Assembly: GCA_003660235.1 (NCBI GenBank)
Contig: QGON01000065.1
Location: forward strand, 87,897 to 151,896
Direction: 5' to 3'
DNA: 64,000 nucleotides
Origin: a bacterium endosymbiont of Escarpia laminata
Lineage (GTDB): Bacteria; Pseudomonadota; Gammaproteobacteria; Chromatiales; Chromatiaceae
Both the position numbers and the translations under genes were made by a program. Positions 21,579 to 31,958 of this stretch are shown one piece after another (position 1 is the stretch's first letter; each line of letters begins with the position of its first letter). The notes under the pieces were generated by a model. The model was not told the DNA's origin. It searched no databases and worked only from the letters and a program-made list of their open reading frames with translations.

Positions 21579-22148
21579 ATGGGGATGGATCCTAAAACCA
21601 GCCTGACAAATCACTTCCTTATTGCGATGCCGGCGCTGACCGATCCCAATTTCTTTCATGCCGTCACCTATATCTGTGAACATAGTGAGGAGGGGGCGAT
21701 GGGTATCATGGTCAATCGCCCCATCGAACTGCAACTCACCGACGTCTTTGAACAGTTGGATATCAAGGTCACCGACGGAAACCTCTCCGAACAGCACGTC
21801 TATATCGGCGGCCCGGTTCAGACCGACCGTGGCTTCGTCCTGCACACCGCCTCCTCAACCTGGGACTCCACCCTCAAGGTGGCGCCGGAGATCAGCGTGA
21901 CCACATCACGGGATATTCTGGAGGCCATAGCTACCGGCAAAGGCCCCGACCAGGCATTGGTCGCACTGGGTTATGCCGGTTGGGGGCCGGGGCAACTTGA
22001 AGGCGAAATTGCCGAAAACGCCTGGCTGAGCGGCCCGGCAGACAACAATATCATTTTCCGACTGGAGAACGCTGCCCGCTGGCAGGCTGCTGCGGATCTA
22101 CTCGGTGTAGACATCAATCTGATGAGTGGTGATGCCGGCCATGCCTGA
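21579..22148 (+). CDS. yqgE: YqgE/AlgH family protein
   Basis: NHFLIAMP, GGPVQTDRGFVLH and LGYAGWGPGQLE motifs; start moved to ATG 21579 (21585 also possible). Confidence 0.93.
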   Translation: MGMDPKTSLTNHFLIAMPALTDPNFFHAVTYICEHSEEGAMGIMVNRPIELQLTDVFEQLDIKVTDGNLSEQHVYIGGPVQTDRGFVLHTASSTWDSTLKVAPEISVTTSRDILEAIATGKGPDQALVALGYAGWGPGQLEGEIAENAWLSGPADNNIIFRLENAARWQAAADLLGVDINLMSGDAGHA

Positions 22149-22151
22149 AAA

Positions 22152-22556
22152 ATGATCAGCCGGGTACTTGGCTTTGACTATGGCACCCGTAAAATCGGTG
22201 TTGCTGTAGGGCAGACCATCACCGCCACCGCCACCGCGCTGGAGACCCTTCTGCCGGTAAAGAACAAGCCCGACTGGCAGCGCATCTCACAGTTGATCGA
22301 CGAGTGGAAACCGGATGCTCTGATCGTCGGTCTGCCGCTGGATGTGGACGACACCGAGACCGATGCCACTGCCCCGGCCAAACGCTTCTCACGGCAGTTG
22401 GAGGGACGTTACCGATTGCCGGTAGTGATGACGGATGAACGCTTCACCTCCTTCGAGGCCAGAGACCGGCTCGGTCACAAGGTAAAACGTATCGAGGAGT
22501 ATGATGCCGTGGCGGCAAAACTGATCATTGAGACATGGTTGAGTGAAAATTCGTAG
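22152..22556 (+). CDS. ruvX: Holliday junction resolvase-like / pre-16S rRNA nuclease YqgF
   Basis: VLGFDYGTRKIGVAVG, VGLP, DERFTS and DAVAAKLI motifs. Confidence 0.95.
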   Translation: MISRVLGFDYGTRKIGVAVGQTITATATALETLLPVKNKPDWQRISQLIDEWKPDALIVGLPLDVDDTETDATAPAKRFSRQLEGRYRLPVVMTDERFTSFEARDRLGHKVKRIEEYDAVAAKLIIETWLSENS

Positions 22557-22627
22557 GCGGCCGGGATATCAATCAGGTGGTAAGCTACGACAGAACAATT
22601 TTCCAACAGATTCAGAAAAGGTAAAAA

Positions 22628-23188
22628 ATGCAGTCAAAGAGCTTTATGAACGCGGATGCGGTGGAATCGCTGGTCGATGAAATGGCGGGAAAACTCTGGT
22701 CTCTGATGAATGAACGGGGAATCCAGGCGCCCCTCCTGGTGGGGATTCGCACAGGTGGCGTCTGGCTGGCCGAGATGCTGCATCAGGAACTGGGTCTGGA
22801 AGAGCCCCTCGGCACCCTGGATATCTCCTTCTACCGCGACGACTTCACCCGCATCGGCATGAATCCGGAGGTCCACCCCTCCGACCTGCCGGTACCGGTG
22901 GATGACCGCCATATCGTCCTCATCGACGATGTGCTGCATACCGGCCGCACCATGCGCGCGGCCCTCAACGAAATCTTCGACTACGGCCGGCCCGCCTCCG
23001 TTATCCTCGCCTGTCTGGTGGAACGCAAGGGCCGGGAGCTGCCGATTCAGCCCGATGTCGTCGCCCTGCACAAGGAGATGAAGCCGGGAGAACACATCAC
23101 CCTCACCGGCCCGGAACCACTCGGACTGGTGATTGGCACCGAGTCCAACCGGGAATCACGCAATGGAGAGAGTGGAGCCGAGACATGA
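22628..23188 (+). CDS. pyrR: PyrR pyrimidine regulator / uracil PRTase
   Basis: [32 protein letters not shown] and RELPIQPD motifs. Confidence 0.95.
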   Translation: MQSKSFMNADAVESLVDEMAGKLWSLMNERGIQAPLLVGIRTGGVWLAEMLHQELGLEEPLGTLDISFYRDDFTRIGMNPEVHPSDLPVPVDDRHIVLIDDVLHTGRTMRAALNEIFDYGRPASVILACLVERKGRELPIQPDVVALHKEMKPGEHITLTGPEPLGLVIGTESNRESRNGESGAET

Positions 23189-24171
23189 GCAGGGGACCCA
23201 GTCTGCAGTTGGACGACGCCGGTAGGCTGCGGCACTTTCTCACCATCGATGGACTGAGCCGGGAGCTGTTGACCGAGATTCTGGATACCTCTGAGGGTTT
23301 TGCCGGCGTCTCTGAACGCACTGTGAAGAAGGTCCCGCTCTGCCGCGGAAAGATCGTCGCCAACCTTTTTTTTGAAAACAGCACCCGCACCCGGACCACC
23401 TTTGAGCTGGCGGGTAAACGGCTCTCCGCCGACGTGCTGAATCTGAACATCACCGCCTCCTCCACCTCCAAGGGGGAGACCCTGCTTGATACCCTGCGCA
23501 ACCTGGAGGCGATGCATGTCGACATGTTCGTGGTGCGTCATGCGGTCAGTGGCGCAGCCCATTTTATCGCCAAGCACGCGGCTCCCGGCGTCGGTGTAAT
23601 CAATGCCGGTGACGGACGCCATGCCCATCCAACCCAGGCGATGCTGGATATGTTCACCATCCGCCGCCACAAGGGAGAGTTCACGGGTTTGCGGGTCGCC
23701 ATTATCGGCGACATACTCCACTCCCGGGTCGCCCGCTCCCAGATTCTCGCCCTCAACACCCTGGGCGTCTCCGAAGTCAGGGTCATCGCCCCACGCACCC
23801 TGCTGCCCATAGAGGCCCGCAGTCTCGGCGTCCACATCTATCACGACATGGACGAAGGCATCCGCGATGTGGATGTGGTGATCATGCTGCGGCTGCAGAA
23901 GGAGCGCATGCAGGGGGCGATGCTGCCCAGCGAACACGAATATTACCGCCTCTTCGGTCTGACTGAAGCACGTCTGGCCGCAGCGGATTCAGAGGCCATC
24001 GTAATGCACCCCGGCCCCATCAACCGGGGTGTGGAGATGGCTTCGGAAGTGGCTGATGGTTCCCGCTCAGTGATCCTGCAACAGGTCAGTTACGGCATAG
24101 CAGTACGCATGGCGGTGATATCGATCATCATCGGCACGCAAAACCAACAGAGCCAGGATAACAAGGGATGA
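23185..24171 (+). CDS. pyrB: Aspartate carbamoyltransferase catalytic subunit
   Basis: [25 protein letters not shown] and MHPGPINRG motifs. Confidence 0.97.
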   Translation: MSRGPSLQLDDAGRLRHFLTIDGLSRELLTEILDTSEGFAGVSERTVKKVPLCRGKIVANLFFENSTRTRTTFELAGKRLSADVLNLNITASSTSKGETLLDTLRNLEAMHVDMFVVRHAVSGAAHFIAKHAAPGVGVINAGDGRHAHPTQAMLDMFTIRRHKGEFTGLRVAIIGDILHSRVARSQILALNTLGVSEVRVIAPRTLLPIEARSLGVHIYHDMDEGIRDVDVVIMLRLQKERMQGAMLPSEHEYYRLFGLTEARLAAADSEAIVMHPGPINRGVEMASEVADGSRSVILQQVSYGIAVRMAVISIIIGTQNQQSQDNKG

Positions 24172-25457
24172 ACAGCACCGATAAGATAACCATCCTCCAG
24201 GGACGCCTGATCGACCCGGCCAACGGTATCGACACGGTTACCGATGTCCATATCGAGAACGGCAAAGTCGCAGCGATCGGAGAGGCACCAGCGGGTTTTC
24301 AGACAGCAACCATCATTGATGGAAACGATAAGGTAGTCTGCCCCGGCATCATCGACCTCTGTGTCAATCTGCGGGAACCCGGGGCGGAATACAAGGCGAC
24401 TATCGCCAGCGAGACGGCAGCTGCAGCCCATTCCGGCATCACCACCCTCTGCTGTCCACCGGATACCCTGCCGGTGATAGATACCCCGGCGATAGCGGGC
24501 CAGATCAAACACAAGGCCCGTAAGGCAGGCTACTGCCGGGTGCTTCCCCTGGGTGCTCAGACTCAGGGATTAAAAGGTGAAAAACTGAGCGAAATGGCGG
24601 CCCTGAAAGAGGCCGGGTGCATTGCCATCAGTAACAATTACGCCCCACTTGCGAATACCCTGGTACAGCGCCGCGCCCTGGAGTATGCCGCCACCTTCGA
24701 CCTGCTCACCATTATCCGCTCCAATGACAGGCACCTGAGCGATCAGGGCTGTGCCCACGAGGGAAAAGTCGCCGGCCGGCTCGGACTGCCGGTCATCCCT
24801 GAAGCCGCTGAGACTGTCGCCGTTGCCCGCGATCTGGCACTGGCGCAAACCACCGGCGCGGCGATCCATTTCCACACCCTCTCCAGCGCCAGCGCCGCCC
24901 GCACCCTGGCCTGGGCGCGGCGGGAAAAACGCCGGGTCACCGCCGATGTTGCCATCCACCAACTCCATCTGACGGAGATGGATATTGAGGGATTCGACAG
25001 CAATACCCACGTACTGCCCCCACTGCGCTCAACGGGAGACCGGGACGGACTGCGTCAGGCGGTGGCTGAGAACATCATCTCTGCCATCTGTTCCGACCAC
25101 CAGCCCCATGAGGCCGACGCCAAGGCGGCGCCTTTTCCAGCCACCGAGCCAGGTATTTCCGGGCTGGACACCCTGCTACCCCTAACCATAAAACTGGTTC
25201 ACGAGGGCGTGATGGATCTCAGTACCGCGATTGCCCGTCTTACCATTGGACCCGCCGAGATACTCGGACTGCCGTTGGGCAGACTGCAGGTGGGGGCGAC
25301 AGCGGATATCTGCATCTTCGATCCGGATACCTATTGGACGGTGGTACCGGATCAACTGACGAGCCAGGGGAAAAACACACCCTTTGGCAACTGGGAACTG
25401 CCCGGCATCGTCACCCATACACTGTTGAAAGGCCGCATTGTTTATCAACGAGACTAG
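24168..25457 (+). CDS. pyrC: Dihydroorotase-like protein PyrC' (probably catalytically inactive ATCase partner)
   Basis: Amidohydrolase fold, but the metal-binding DxHxH motif reads [10 protein letters not shown]. Confidence 0.85.
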   Translation: MNSTDKITILQGRLIDPANGIDTVTDVHIENGKVAAIGEAPAGFQTATIIDGNDKVVCPGIIDLCVNLREPGAEYKATIASETAAAAHSGITTLCCPPDTLPVIDTPAIAGQIKHKARKAGYCRVLPLGAQTQGLKGEKLSEMAALKEAGCIAISNNYAPLANTLVQRRALEYAATFDLLTIIRSNDRHLSDQGCAHEGKVAGRLGLPVIPEAAETVAVARDLALAQTTGAAIHFHTLSSASAARTLAWARREKRRVTADVAIHQLHLTEMDIEGFDSNTHVLPPLRSTGDRDGLRQAVAENIISAICSDHQPHEADAKAAPFPATEPGISGLDTLLPLTIKLVHEGVMDLSTAIARLTIGPAEILGLPLGRLQVGATADICIFDPDTYWTVVPDQLTSQGKNTPFGNWELPGIVTHTLLKGRIVYQRD

Positions 25458-25474
25458 CGAACCGGTACTAACCT

Positions 25475-26344
25475 ATGAACAAACCCCACCGCGATACCCT
25501 CTATCTGGAAAATGCTGAAATCCTCTCTCACGAAGCCTTCGCGGGTGAGCAGTTCATCCTGCGGGTAGCGGCCCCTGAGTGTGCCACCAAAGCACAGCCC
25601 GGCAGCTTCGTACACCTGCAGTGCGATCCGTTACAGCCGATGCGCCGCCCCATCTCCATCATGCGGGTATCGCCGGAAGATGGCTGGGTCGACCTTCTCT
25701 ATAAACGGGTGGGCACCGGCACCACACTGCTTTCCAGGCGTCAGCCCGGAGAAAGCGTCAGCCTGCTCGGACCCATCGGCCACCCTTTTCGCCCCGACCC
25801 CTCCCGCACAAAACCGCTGTTGATCGGCGGCGGTGTCGGCATGCCGCCAATGGTCTTTCTGGCGGAGTCTCTCTACCAGGAACGAAAGAAACAGCCCTTT
25901 GTGATACTCGGTTCCGAAGTCCCGTTCCCTTTCAACCCCCAACCCTCACAACTGCTTTTACCAGAACTGCCTGCCGACGTGATTGCAACAATGCCGCTGA
26001 TGGACGACTGGGGCATTCCCTGCCGTCTGGCCAGCCAGCAGGACTTCGCCGGCTGCTTCCAGGGTTATGTTACCGAGCTTGCCAGACACTGGCTGACATC
26101 TCTGAATAAGCAGGCCAGGGGCGAAGTGGAGATCTTCTCCTGCGGCCCGCATCCCATGCTGGAGGCAGTGGCTGAACTGGCAGCGGAGTTCGATCTGCCC
26201 TGTCAGGTCTCACTGGAAGAGTTCATGGCCTGTGGCGTCGGTGGCTGCGCCGGCTGCGTGGTTGAGGTGCAAACAGCAGAAGGTCCGGTTATGAAACGTG
26301 TCTGCGTGGATGGGCCTGTATTTGAGGCCAGCAAGGTTTTCTGA
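25475..26344 (+). CDS. pyrK: Dihydroorotate dehydrogenase electron transfer subunit
   Basis: RRPISIM FAD motif, GGGVGMPP and MACGVGGCAGC...C 2Fe-2S motif. Confidence 0.9.
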   Translation: MNKPHRDTLYLENAEILSHEAFAGEQFILRVAAPECATKAQPGSFVHLQCDPLQPMRRPISIMRVSPEDGWVDLLYKRVGTGTTLLSRRQPGESVSLLGPIGHPFRPDPSRTKPLLIGGGVGMPPMVFLAESLYQERKKQPFVILGSEVPFPFNPQPSQLLLPELPADVIATMPLMDDWGIPCRLASQQDFAGCFQGYVTELARHWLTSLNKQARGEVEIFSCGPHPMLEAVAELAAEFDLPCQVSLEEFMACGVGGCAGCVVEVQTAEGPVMKRVCVDGPVFEASKVF

Positions 26345-26609
26345 CTTATCTCCAAGCCTATTCAATAATATTCAAATAGGATTTCAAACCCCTAATAATC
26401 TTGCGGATTTAATGCTATAAGTTTACTGTTGGGGTGAGATTGTAGGAAGGCTGATCCGGCGAAATTGATGCCGCTCAGCAAAACAAAAACAATGGCTTGG
26501 ATTCACATCGCTTTCAAATCATGCAGCTGCGCCCGCTGCAAACCCGCTATGTGTTGCCACCAATTAAAAATATTATAAATTGGCCAAGTGAGTCTTCGAC
26601 CTCGTGATA

Positions 26610-26870
26610 GATTTTGGGACATCCCAGTCCCCAAAATCGACTCGGCCTTCGACAACCTGTTTGTGCCCCGGCCGTCCCGGTCACTGGCACTACGCGACAA
26701 CCTCGCAAGCTCGTTGCCGCTCCGTTGCCAGCTCCCGATGACTGGACGCCGCGCTCGGATGCCTACTTTGCTTCCCCTCTGGCGCAAGGCACGCCGGGTA
26801 AGCAGTGCGGCCTCGCGGCTACCGGGGACTACCAGCCTTCGCTTCGCTCTCCATGGCTGGCAGCGAATGG
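26610..26870. repeat. Structured non-coding element, copy B
   Basis: Inverted repeat GATTTTGGGAC/GTCCCCAAAATC (26610-26638), long bulged hairpin 26669-26751, and the 46-nt core shared with 7868-7913. Confidence 0.7.
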
Positions 26871-26890
26871 AAAAATCAGTTATTAGTGTT

Positions 26891-29011
26891 ATGTTGGAAT
26901 TGGATGCGAGCAGGCTTCCATCCGTTCCTCACGTACTTCTTCAATTAATAGACATCTGCAATCATGCCGACGTCTGTTTTAGCGACCTGGAAAATATCAT
27001 CCGCCAGGACGCTGCCCTCTCATCCAAGGTCCTTGCGGCAGCAAATTCTCCGATTTATAGACAGTGGGAATCCGAAGCCAACCTTGGACGATTACTGGTT
27101 GTACTGGGCTTAAATACCGTCAAAACCATCGCCATGACAAGTGCGGTGCAAGACCTGTTCTCCCAGGTCGACGACTCTGTCAGTCAATATATGAATGAAA
27201 TCTGGCTGCACTCCCTGACATGCGCTCATACAGCACGCGCAATTGCACGTTTAACCACCTACCAATCACCCGATGAGGCCTACATTGCCGGGCTGTTACA
27301 TCGCGTAGGACAATTGGTCCTGCTACGGAACTTCCCCACTGAATACTCGGGCATTTCCGTGGAGCCCTTTTCCGGGCAGGAACTGGAAAAACTTGAGAAT
27401 GAAAAACTGGGCTTCACCCACAGCGAGGTAGGGGCCTACCTGATCGACAGCTGGCACCTGCACTCTTTCATGGCCGATGCCGTGCACTACCAGTACGAGC
27501 CTGCTGTACTGATTCAAGACAGCACACCCCTGGTAAAAATCATTAACCTTGCAAGCCAGTTAAGCAGCCTCAACGGCACTCCGGACAACACAGTTTTCAA
27601 ACAGGCTGATGAGCTGTTTGGATTGACCCAGCCACTGCTCGAAGAGATGTTGAACAGCGTTGATGAGCAGGTCAGCAGCACCGCCAAAAGCCTCGGAATC
27701 TCACTAACGAAATCAGCAAAGACCGGTAATAGGGGGATAGACACGACTCCCGCACGCAAGCAGCTGAAAGAGCAGTTAAAAGAGCGGATAAAAACGGCGG
27801 CCATCGTCGGCATGGCCTCACATCGAACCGGACCACAGGTTTCATTAAGTGAGACACTCGCCTCTATTGTCCAAAATGCCCGTATCCTTTTCGACCTGAC
27901 CCCAATCAGGGTTTTTCTCTATGATCAGGAGCTGAATCAACTCACATATACCCCTTCAGAAGAGACCGAGCCTGGACCTTTCGCTGGCATCTCAATTTTC
28001 CTGGAAGCTGGCAGAAGCATGATTACTGACTCCCTGCTGCAGGGCGAGCCGAGGCATTGGCTCGAAAACAGCGAAAACAGATCCATCTCTATTGTGGATC
28101 GCCAGATCCTGACCCTTATGAAAAATAACGGGTTACTTTCGATTCCCTTGATAACTGAAGGGCGTATCGTCGGCGTTCTGGTCGCTGGCATTGAACAGGT
28201 GGACTGGAACAGAATCGAGTCCCACCTTATGCTGGTATCAACCTTTGCCGATGGGGCAGCAAAATCCATCCAGCAACAAATTACCATCATCCGCTCCGAA
28301 GAGGAGCGGATTGAAGAAGCACGATCAGAATTCCAGCTGCACGCAAGAAAAATCATTCACGAAGCCAACAACCCTCTCGGCATCATTAACAACTACCTGC
28401 ATATTCTTGGCACGAAACTGGGAGAGGATCATGCTGCTCACGAGGAACTTCGTATCATCAAGGATGAGATCGAACGTGTAGGAAATATCCTTCTGCGCCT
28501 GCGCGACATGCCTTCCGACAACGGACTTGAGCAAGGATTCGTTGACCTCAATAGTCTGATCCTGGATGTCGAAAAGATTTTTCACACCTCACTTTTCGTA
28601 ACCCATGACATCAGTGCCCAGCTTGACCTAGAAACCTCTCTGCCTCCGGTTGCCGGCAGTCGCAATACCCTTAAACAGATACTCACCAACCTGATAAAAA
28701 ATTCGGTTGAAGCGATGAGTGATGGAGGGGAGATTACTTTAATCACGAAAGATAAAATCAACATGAATGGTAAGCACTACGTTGGGATAGAGGTCATTGA
28801 TAACGGACCAGGCATTCCCGACGAGATCATGGAGAATATTTTTTCGCCGGTAAAGAGCACCAAGGGAGCCGATAATGCAGGCCTTGGTCTCACCATCGTA
28901 AAAAATCTTATTAACGAACTTTCAGGCTCCATCAGTTGCACCTCAAGCCATGAAAAAGGCACAGCATTCCAGATTCTCTTACCCAGGAGAATCCCCATGG
29001 GGGACACGTAG
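26891..29011 (+). CDS. HDOD-GAF-histidine kinase
   Basis: Start moved to ATG 26891 (MLELDASRLPSVP). HDOD motifs (IIRQDAALSSKVLAAANS, AGLLHRVGQL), H-box HEANNPL and a HATPase domain. Confidence 0.88.
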   Translation: MLELDASRLPSVPHVLLQLIDICNHADVCFSDLENIIRQDAALSSKVLAAANSPIYRQWESEANLGRLLVVLGLNTVKTIAMTSAVQDLFSQVDDSVSQYMNEIWLHSLTCAHTARAIARLTTYQSPDEAYIAGLLHRVGQLVLLRNFPTEYSGISVEPFSGQELEKLENEKLGFTHSEVGAYLIDSWHLHSFMADAVHYQYEPAVLIQDSTPLVKIINLASQLSSLNGTPDNTVFKQADELFGLTQPLLEEMLNSVDEQVSSTAKSLGISLTKSAKTGNRGIDTTPARKQLKEQLKERIKTAAIVGMASHRTGPQVSLSETLASIVQNARILFDLTPIRVFLYDQELNQLTYTPSEETEPGPFAGISIFLEAGRSMITDSLLQGEPRHWLENSENRSISIVDRQILTLMKNNGLLSIPLITEGRIVGVLVAGIEQVDWNRIESHLMLVSTFADGAAKSIQQQITIIRSEEERIEEARSEFQLHARKIIHEANNPLGIINNYLHILGTKLGEDHAAHEELRIIKDEIERVGNILLRLRDMPSDNGLEQGFVDLNSLILDVEKIFHTSLFVTHDISAQLDLETSLPPVAGSRNTLKQILTNLIKNSVEAMSDGGEITLITKDKINMNGKHYVGIEVIDNGPGIPDEIMENIFSPVKSTKGADNAGLGLTIVKNLINELSGSISCTSSHEKGTAFQILLPRRIPMGDT

Positions 29012-29013
29012 CG

Positions 29014-31221
29014 ATGACGATCATCAAGCATTCGACATCAAGACTACAAGGAGGTAACGCGCATCAGGCATCACAGGTAAAGGAGCAGACCAAGAGCAAC
29101 AGAGAAAGGGATCCTGCCCGTATTTTAATAGTCGATGATGAACCCCGGGCCAGCGAAAGTCTGAGAGCGATCCTGCAATTCTCCGGCTATACCATAGTCA
29201 TTGCGAATGGTGGACGAGAGGCGATTGATGTGTTGAAAACAGACACATTTGATTTGGCGCTCCTTGATCTGAATATGCCGGATATCGATGGCCACCAGGT
29301 AATGGAATTCATCAAAAGCGACAACCACCACACCAGCATCATCGTAATCAGCGGGGAATCGGGCTTCGACCATGTGGCCAGTGCACTGAGAAAAGGCGCA
29401 AAGGATTTCATCCGCAAACCATACATGGCAGACGAACTGTTGCTATCGGTATCCAATGCATTGGAGAGACAACACCTGACGAATGAGAACAGCCGTATTC
29501 AGGATAAATTAAGACGCTCAGAAACGCTTCACCGTTTTCTCGTCAACAACTCCCCCGATCTGATTTACATGCTGGACCAGGAAGGAAGATTTACCTTCGT
29601 AAACAATCAATTTGAAAAAAACCTTGGGTTCGCTGCTGGGGAACTTCTGAAACAACCTTACACCTGTTTGATACCTCCAGACGACCTTGAAAAGGCAAAA
29701 TACATCTTCAATGAAAGGCGCACAGGCGACCGTACAACTCGCAATACGGAACTTAGACTGAGAAGCAAAGACTTCGATTCCCCCAACTACGTCGATGTTC
29801 GTTCTGTCGCTATCGAGCTGAACTCAATGGGCATCTACTCCACCCGGTTAAACAGCAAAAAAAAATTCGTCGGTACTTATGGGGTCGCACATGATATCAC
29901 TGAACGAAAACAGTCCGAGGAGTTGATAAAATATCAGCTTTACCATGACCTGTTGACCAGCCTTCCAAACCGAACACTGTTCCGGGACAGGCTCAACATC
30001 GCTTTAGCCCAGGCAAAACGAAACAAAAAAATGCTGGCTGTTCTCTACCTTGATATGGACAGCTTCAAAATCATCAACGACACTCTGGGGCATCTTGCGG
30101 GGGATGAGTTGCTACAGTCCATTGCCGCACGCTTAAAAGGCTGCCTCCGCGAGGCTGATACCCTGGCGAGGGTCGGGGGGGATGAATTCAATCTCTTGTT
30201 GCCAGAGGTTAGCGATAGAGACGATATAACCACAACTGCAAACAAGATTCTGAAAGAGCTTGAGAAGCCATTCCACCCCAGCCTGCAGGAAGTGTTCGTT
30301 ACCTTCAGCATCGGCATCGCCGTCTATCCCAATGACGGCGATTCCAAAGAGATGCTGGTGAAAAATGCCGATATGGCAATGTATCAGGTCAAAAACTCCG
30401 GTAAGAACGGTTTCGCATTTTTTGCCGACCACATGAAGGAACAGTTTCACAAGAGACTGGATATTGAGAACGGCCTGAGGCGGGCACTCCTCAACAATGA
30501 GCTGAGACTCCATTATCAACCGAAAGTAGAGTTAAAAAGCAGGAAAATCGTTGGTGCGGAAGCCCTTGTCAGATGGCAGCACCCTAATCTGGGACTGTTG
30601 CCGCCCTCCGAATTCATCCCCATTGCCGAAGAGAGTGGACTGATTATCCAAGTTGGTGAATGGGTATTAAGACAAGCCTGCAAAGATGCATCTAACTGGA
30701 TGAAGCTTCACACCCATCCCGTAAATCTGTCAGTCAATCTGTCTGCTCAGCAGCTCGAATCAGACAATTTCACCGCTACCGTGCTAGGGATTACCAGCGA
30801 GTTCAACCTTCCCAGGCAACTCCTCGAACTGGAGATCACCGAAAGTTCAATCGTGCAAAATATGGAAAAGGCCGTAGAGAATCTTGGCATTCTGCATCGC
30901 TATGGTATCCGTGTTGCAGTGGACGATTTCGGCACAGGGTACTCATCACTTGGCTATCTTCAGTCTCTCCCGCTTCACACCCTTAAAATCGACCGCTCCT
31001 TCATTCATGCGATAAAATCACAGAGTGATGAACATTCTATAATCGAGGCGATAATCGCCATGGCAAAAGGGCTGGGACTGGACCTCATTGCAGAAGGCGT
31101 GGAGAATGAAGATCAACATCATTTTCTGCACAACGCCGGGTGTTCGATGGCCCAAGGCTATCTATACAGCCATCCTCTCCCAGAAACCGATTTTCGACAG
31201 CTGTTATCCAAAACCATTTGA
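29014..31221 (+). CDS. REC-PAS-GGDEF-EAL diguanylate cyclase/phosphodiesterase
   Basis: ILIVDDEP receiver, PAS, READTLARVGGDEF (RxxD I-site), EALVRW and VDDFGTGYSSL. Confidence 0.93.
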   Translation: MTIIKHSTSRLQGGNAHQASQVKEQTKSNRERDPARILIVDDEPRASESLRAILQFSGYTIVIANGGREAIDVLKTDTFDLALLDLNMPDIDGHQVMEFIKSDNHHTSIIVISGESGFDHVASALRKGAKDFIRKPYMADELLLSVSNALERQHLTNENSRIQDKLRRSETLHRFLVNNSPDLIYMLDQEGRFTFVNNQFEKNLGFAAGELLKQPYTCLIPPDDLEKAKYIFNERRTGDRTTRNTELRLRSKDFDSPNYVDVRSVAIELNSMGIYSTRLNSKKKFVGTYGVAHDITERKQSEELIKYQLYHDLLTSLPNRTLFRDRLNIALAQAKRNKKMLAVLYLDMDSFKIINDTLGHLAGDELLQSIAARLKGCLREADTLARVGGDEFNLLLPEVSDRDDITTTANKILKELEKPFHPSLQEVFVTFSIGIAVYPNDGDSKEMLVKNADMAMYQVKNSGKNGFAFFADHMKEQFHKRLDIENGLRRALLNNELRLHYQPKVELKSRKIVGAEALVRWQHPNLGLLPPSEFIPIAEESGLIIQVGEWVLRQACKDASNWMKLHTHPVNLSVNLSAQQLESDNFTATVLGITSEFNLPRQLLELEITESSIVQNMEKAVENLGILHRYGIRVAVDDFGTGYSSLGYLQSLPLHTLKIDRSFIHAIKSQSDEHSIIEAIIAMAKGLGLDLIAEGVENEDQHHFLHNAGCSMAQGYLYSHPLPETDFRQLLSKTI

Positions 31222-31296
31222 TGCACCGGGTATTGGTCAGTATTTTTTCGAGTGGCGCTATAATTTCGTACCCAGACAAATCAATCGGACGAGGTT

Positions 31297-31614
31297 ATGA
31301 CAATACAGACATCCATTCAGCAGAAACTTCAGGCGGCGCTTTCGCCGACCTTTCTGGAAGTGAACAACGAAAGCCATATGCATGATGTGCCTGAAGGATC
31401 AGAGTCCCACTTCAAGGTCGTCATCGCGAGCAAACGCTTCGAAGGGGAAAAACTGCTCAACCGCCACCGCATGATCAATAAAATCCTGGCCGACGAGTTG
31501 CAGGGAGGCGTGCATGCACTGGCACTACACACCATGACACCAGAAGAGTGGTTCGAACGTAACGGCAGCGTACGGGATTCACCAGAGTGCCTTGGTGGTT
31601 CCAAGGCTACATGA
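31297..31614 (+). CDS. bolA: BolA family protein
   Basis: EVNNESHMH, SHFKVVIAS, RHRMI and HALALHT motifs. Confidence 0.93.
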   Translation: MTIQTSIQQKLQAALSPTFLEVNNESHMHDVPEGSESHFKVVIASKRFEGEKLLNRHRMINKILADELQGGVHALALHTMTPEEWFERNGSVRDSPECLGGSKAT

Positions 31615-31618
31615 CGCA

Positions 31619-31957
31619 ATGCTGGATATCATAAAAAAGCTTCTGGGTGCCGCCGCGCCTATACAAAGAAGTATGGACGTGCAACAGCAAGTCGATGAGG
31701 AAACCCGCCAGCTTGCACTCTATCAGTTCTCTACCTGCTCTTACTGTATAAAGGTTCGCAGGGTCATCAAGCAGCTGGACCTCAATATCGAATATCGCGA
31801 TGCATCCAACAATCAGCTGTGGAAGCAGGCGCTCATCAGAGAGGGAGGCCTCTATCAGACACCCTGCCTGCGCATTGAGCATCAGGATGGCTCAGTGCAG
31901 TGGATGTATGAATCTGCAGATATTATACGATATCTCAAACGACGTTTTTCCACCTGA
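31619..31957 (+). CDS. Glutaredoxin-like protein
   Basis: LYQFSTCSYCIKV CxxC motif, TPCLRI and WMYESADII. Confidence 0.85.
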   Translation: MLDIIKKLLGAAAPIQRSMDVQQQVDEETRQLALYQFSTCSYCIKVRRVIKQLDLNIEYRDASNNQLWKQALIREGGLYQTPCLRIEHQDGSVQWMYESADIIRYLKRRFST

Positions 31958-31958
31958 C

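Noticed and set aside
22557-22627. PyrR-binding attenuator upstream of pyrR
   Set aside because: Only 71 nt, with no AGTCCAGAGAGGCT-like binding loop or terminator.
26669-26751. Long bulged hairpin as an integron attC site
   Set aside because: No RYYYAAC/GTTRRRY core sites at the ends, no cassette ORF, no integrase in the window.
26588-26890. 101-aa N-terminal extension of the HDOD kinase in the ORF track
   Set aside because: Arg/Pro-rich translation of structured repeat B; the HDOD domain begins at ATG 26891.
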